Part shown: piece by piece, positions 62,258 to 64,000 of the stretch
Layout: each line of letters starts with the position of its first letter
How positions within the stretch are numbered: position 1 is the first letter of the stretch
Position numbers and translations under genes: made by a program
The notes under the pieces: model-generated
Seen by the model: only the letters and a program-made list of their open reading frames with translations
Database searches by the model: none
What the model was told of the DNA's origin: nothing
Assembly: GCA_964559825.1 (NCBI GenBank)
Contig: CAZLJK010000003.1
Location: 74,858-138,857 of the forward strand
Source of the DNA: an uncultured Sulfuricella sp.
GTDB lineage: Bacteria > Pseudomonadota > Gammaproteobacteria > Burkholderiales > Sulfuricellaceae
Length of the DNA: 64,000 bases
Reading direction: 5' to 3'

Positions 62258-63777
62258 TGGTCGCGCGAGCCTTCGGCATTCTTTGCCTCGCGCTGATGGC
62301 GCAAATCGCTTGCGCCGCGGGCCTCCGTGTCGAGGCCGACCGTACCGAAATCGCCTTCGGCCAGATGCTAACCGTGACGATCCAGGCCGATGATATCCGG
62401 GACTCCATTCAAAAACTCCCGACGGAAGCCATCGGCCGCGATTTCGAAGTGTTCAGCGTTTCCTACAGCCGCGGCAGCCAAACACGAAGAGGCCGGGAGG
62501 TTGTTCAGCAGCGCTTGGAATTGCAGCTATTCCCACGGCATCTCGGCGTATCCACCATTCCCATCATTGAGGCAGGTGGCAAGAGGACACGCCCTTTGCC
62601 GATCCGGGTAAGCGAATCCGGCTTTGGCGTGCCGAAGGTGATGATACGAAGCGGCGTCGAAGGCGACACTGTGCAACACCGGGAGTCATTACTGTTCGTG
62701 GATGTATACCACGACGGAGGGCCGCTTTTTCGGACGCCGAAGGCGGAGGGCGCGGGGTTCCAGTTGCGGCCGCTACGGGATTCCCAGCGGCAGGAAACCG
62801 TGGCAGGCGAGCGCTATACCGTCACCCGTTTTGCCTGGGGAATGACGCCATTGCGGCCGGGATCCGCCGGCGTCCGCTTTTCACCTCTTGATGCAAGCAA
62901 GTTCGGGGCGCGCCTGCGCTACCCCGTACCGGCTCTCTATGTGCATGCAGCCCCCGTGCCCGGCTATCTGCCGGTCCATGTTCCCGTGGGCCCTCTCGAT
63001 GTGGAGAGCAACGCGCCCATGCATGCCAAAGTCGGGCGCCCTGAGCAATGGACATTGAAAATCAGTGGTCGCGGGCTGAGCCCGGAGGGATTGCGAAAGC
63101 AACTGGGGCGGTTCCAGGATACGCCCCAGTTGCATTTCTATCCGCTGCGGATGGAACTGGTTTCCAATGCCGGGGAAATTCCGCTTGGCCAGACCTTGGT
63201 GGTCACCATTCCTTTCCGGGCACAGAAACAAGGCTCCTTGAAATTGCCTGAAGTACATATTCCGTATTATGACCCAGAGACCGGACTAATCCGGGTTGCC
63301 AGTACGCCTTCCCTTGCAGTGGACGCAGTAGACCCCGTCATGACTTGGGTGTGGCGTGGCGCAGGCGGTGGATTGGTTTTAGTCCTTGCGGTGTGGGCTG
63401 GGCACCTGGTCCGGCCACGCTATCTTGCCTGGCATGCTCGACGCCTACGGCTACGACAATTGGCGTCGAGCAAAACGCCGTGTGCGCTGCTGCGTGCATG
63501 GCGGGCGGGGAAATATGAAACCGAAGGCAGCGAAATCGTCGCAATGATTGAGCGCGCGTGCTACGGCCCGGCTTCTGAGATTGATTTCGAGTGGTTTCGC
63601 CATCAAGCGATGGCATTGGCGCAACAGCGAAAATCGTGTGGCAAGCCGCAGAAAATGCAAGATGAACTACGACGAATCCTGGAGCCCTTCGATACGGGCA
63701 ATTTCACTATTTGCCAACTTTTGCGCCGATGGTTGTCTGCTTTCATCTTCCGATTTCATGACTGGCGTTCGAGTTGA
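62257..63777 (+). CDS. BatD-like protein
   Basis: Signal peptide, beta-rich repeats (VEADRTEIA.GQMLTVTI; VPVGPL; LKLPEVHIPYYDP), TM segment near the C-terminus. Confidence 0.8.
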   Translation: MVARAFGILCLALMAQIACAAGLRVEADRTEIAFGQMLTVTIQADDIRDSIQKLPTEAIGRDFEVFSVSYSRGSQTRRGREVVQQRLELQLFPRHLGVSTIPIIEAGGKRTRPLPIRVSESGFGVPKVMIRSGVEGDTVQHRESLLFVDVYHDGGPLFRTPKAEGAGFQLRPLRDSQRQETVAGERYTVTRFAWGMTPLRPGSAGVRFSPLDASKFGARLRYPVPALYVHAAPVPGYLPVHVPVGPLDVESNAPMHAKVGRPEQWTLKISGRGLSPEGLRKQLGRFQDTPQLHFYPLRMELVSNAGEIPLGQTLVVTIPFRAQKQGSLKLPEVHIPYYDPETGLIRVASTPSLAVDAVDPVMTWVWRGAGGGLVLVLAVWAGHLVRPRYLAWHARRLRLRQLASSKTPCALLRAWRAGKYETEGSEIVAMIERACYGPASEIDFEWFRHQAMALAQQRKSCGKPQKMQDELRRILEPFDTGNFTICQLLRRWLSAFIFRFHDWRSS

Positions 63778-63862
63778 TCGGGTGCGTAATTGAACAGGGT
63801 ATTCGCCCTGAAAAATCCACCCCGGCAAACTTAGGGCTCGTAAATGAATAAGTTGGACTTAC

Positions 63863-63963
63863 GCTGGGGCTGGTTGGGGCGCAGTCCTAGGCGCGAGACA
63901 CGCCGTTGTGTCATTCACAACAAGCGGCTCGCAACACCGGAATGCACCCCAACCAGCCCCAGC
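63863..63963. repeat. Long nested hairpin (possible MITE/IS-end-like element; may extend past window)
   Basis: 25-bp inverted repeat (63863-63887 vs 63939-63963, 23/25 match) enclosing GCGAG/CTCGC and GTTGTG/CACAAC inner stems. Confidence 0.6.
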
Positions 63964-64000
63964 CCGAAGGGTTGCTGCGTATTCGGGCGTCTGCGGCGTT

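Overview
Betaproteobacterial chromosome segment; gene order and content suggest a Sulfuricella-like sulfur oxidiser (inference). Bases 1-36,900 are mostly core genes. They include the tail of a chemotaxis operon (2 MCPs, cheW/R/D/B) ending in a STAS plus REC-PP2C-GHKL partner-switch pair that abuts rpoS. Also present are surE-pcm-nlpD-rpoS, tRNA-Val-thrS-infC-rpmI-rplT-pheST-ihfA-merR-tRNA-Pro, relA, comEC, lolC/E-lolD and a CHASE kinase/receiver/diguanylate cyclase cassette. From ~37,300 to 63,800 lies an accessory region. It holds an orphan solute-binding protein coupled to a hybrid kinase, and an ArsR-rhodanese regulator with two matching operators. These are followed by persulfide dioxygenase, an MFS transporter, several exported rhodanese and thiol-redox proteins, and a type II DMSO-reductase-family molybdoenzyme (alpha, beta, and a heme b/cytochrome c fused gamma). 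The region continues with selA, selB, a tRNA-Sec that folds with a shortened 7/5 acceptor/T helix, a DsrE protein and a MoxR-vWA (Bat-like) chaperone cluster. The key hidden signal is in a small exported protein (45371-45748). It ends at a UGA that is followed 11 nt later by a 17-nt SECIS-like hairpin, so it probably ends ...KG-Sec-L. This suggests a self-contained periplasmic selenoprotein/molybdoenzyme system of unknown substrate. No CRISPR array, rRNA, integrase or transposase gene was seen.
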